IMG/VR virus record: IMGVR_UViG_3300022217_000169
Coordinates: 6,746 to 70,745 of that record
Direction: 5' to 3' (one strand)
Source of the DNA: a virus
Taxonomy: Duplodnaviria > Caudoviricetes
Length of the DNA: 64,000 bases
A program made the position numbers and the translations under genes. The notes under the pieces are model-generated. The model was not told the DNA's origin. It worked only from the letters and a program-made list of their open reading frames with translations, and made no database searches. Positions 63,290-64,000 of this stretch are shown one piece after another; the stretch's first letter is position 1; each line of letters begins with the position of its first letter.

Positions 63290-63301
63290 GGAATAAATAA
63301 A

Positions 63302-63502
63302 ATGACTAAAACAGAATATATTAATTCAATAGAAACTGATGCCGATACATTAGAGACCTTTGAATGTATACCATTAAGTAGTTATACTGAAAATACTAAA
63401 GAATATCAATTAAGATATTTAAAAAAAGATGGATCTGGAAATGCAAGTATAGAAACAGTTCAGTTCTTTGAATTTAATAATAAAGTTTATCCAAGGATAT
63501 AA
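63302..63502 (+). CDS. hypothetical protein
   Basis: 66-aa ORF with SD AAGGA. Confidence 0.55.
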   Translation: MTKTEYINSIETDADTLETFECIPLSSYTENTKEYQLRYLKKDGSGNASIETVQFFEFNNKVYPRI

Positions 63503-63505
63503 TTA

Positions 63506-64000
63506 ATGGGTTCTCTTGTTTATAAATCACATGTAACCGATACAACATATTTAAGTCATCCAAATGCTATTGATATAGTTGGTGGATTTGCATATATAGG
63601 TTGTTTTACTGGTGGAAATATAACTAGATTTTCAATATGGGATTTATCAAATCCATTATCTCCTGTAAAGCGTGGAACTTTAAGTAATCATGCTACCGAT
63701 TATGCATCTAATATTTATCAATTAAAAAAATTAGGTAATTATTGTTATGTTTCTGCCAGAAACAGTGATGCAATGACTATAATTAATGTTAGTGATCCAG
63801 ACAATCCATTTCATGCTGGACATACAGTAGATGGACAATGTGTTGGAGTTACAGTTCGTGCTCAATATGCATATATTACATCTTATAGTGGATGGAGGTT
63901 TAGAATATATGATGTATCAACGCCATCAAGTATAGTTCAAAAAGGACAAATTACTAGTATTTTTCAACCAGGACGCATTGCTATTGATGCTAATGGTCAA
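63506..64000 (+). CDS. LVIVD-repeat beta-propeller protein (partial)
   Basis: Repeats SIWDLSNPLSP, TIINVSDPDNP, RIYDVSTPSS; open to the window end. Confidence 0.8.
   Translation, partial: MGSLVYKSHVTDTTYLSHPNAIDIVGGFAYIGCFTGGNITRFSIWDLSNPLSPVKRGTLSNHATDYASNIYQLKKLGNYCYVSARNSDAMTIINVSDPDNPFHAGHTVDGQCVGVTVRAQYAYITSYSGWRFRIYDVSTPSSIVQKGQITSIFQPGRIAIDANGQ

Overview
This AT-rich window is an internal part of a large contractile-tailed (myovirus-like) bacteriophage genome. No clear host chromosomal gene or integrase is present. From 1 to ~39.8 kb most genes are on the minus strand. They include a RuvC-like resolvase, an RpoD-like sigma factor, a family-4 UDG, an RNA-repair pair (RLIG1-like ligase plus HAD phosphatase) followed by a tRNA-like RNA, an SLT endolysin with a holin, a Cas4-like nuclease, a primase-helicase, a replication initiator with internal iterons, SSB/Sak4-like recombination genes, a displaced TerS, ~9 kb of tiny host-takeover-type ORFs, a ~2 kb mostly non-coding control region with sigma54-type promoters, an RlaP-like nucleotidyltransferase, a truncated TerL-ATPase paralogue, a Toprim protein and an OPRT-like PRTase. 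At ~39.85 kb transcription diverges. A 570-bp non-coding array of five sigma70 promoters follows; four read into an anti-Shine-Dalgarno seed plus hairpin and the fifth into a tRNA-like element. The plus strand then carries an intein-containing TerL, portal, protease, capsid, neck, sheath, tube, tape measure, baseplate and an LVIVD-repeat protein. The best candidate for an undescribed system is the promoter-seed-hairpin small-RNA array, which has a dispersed copy at 6.4 kb. All family assignments come from motifs recognised by eye; no database searches were run.
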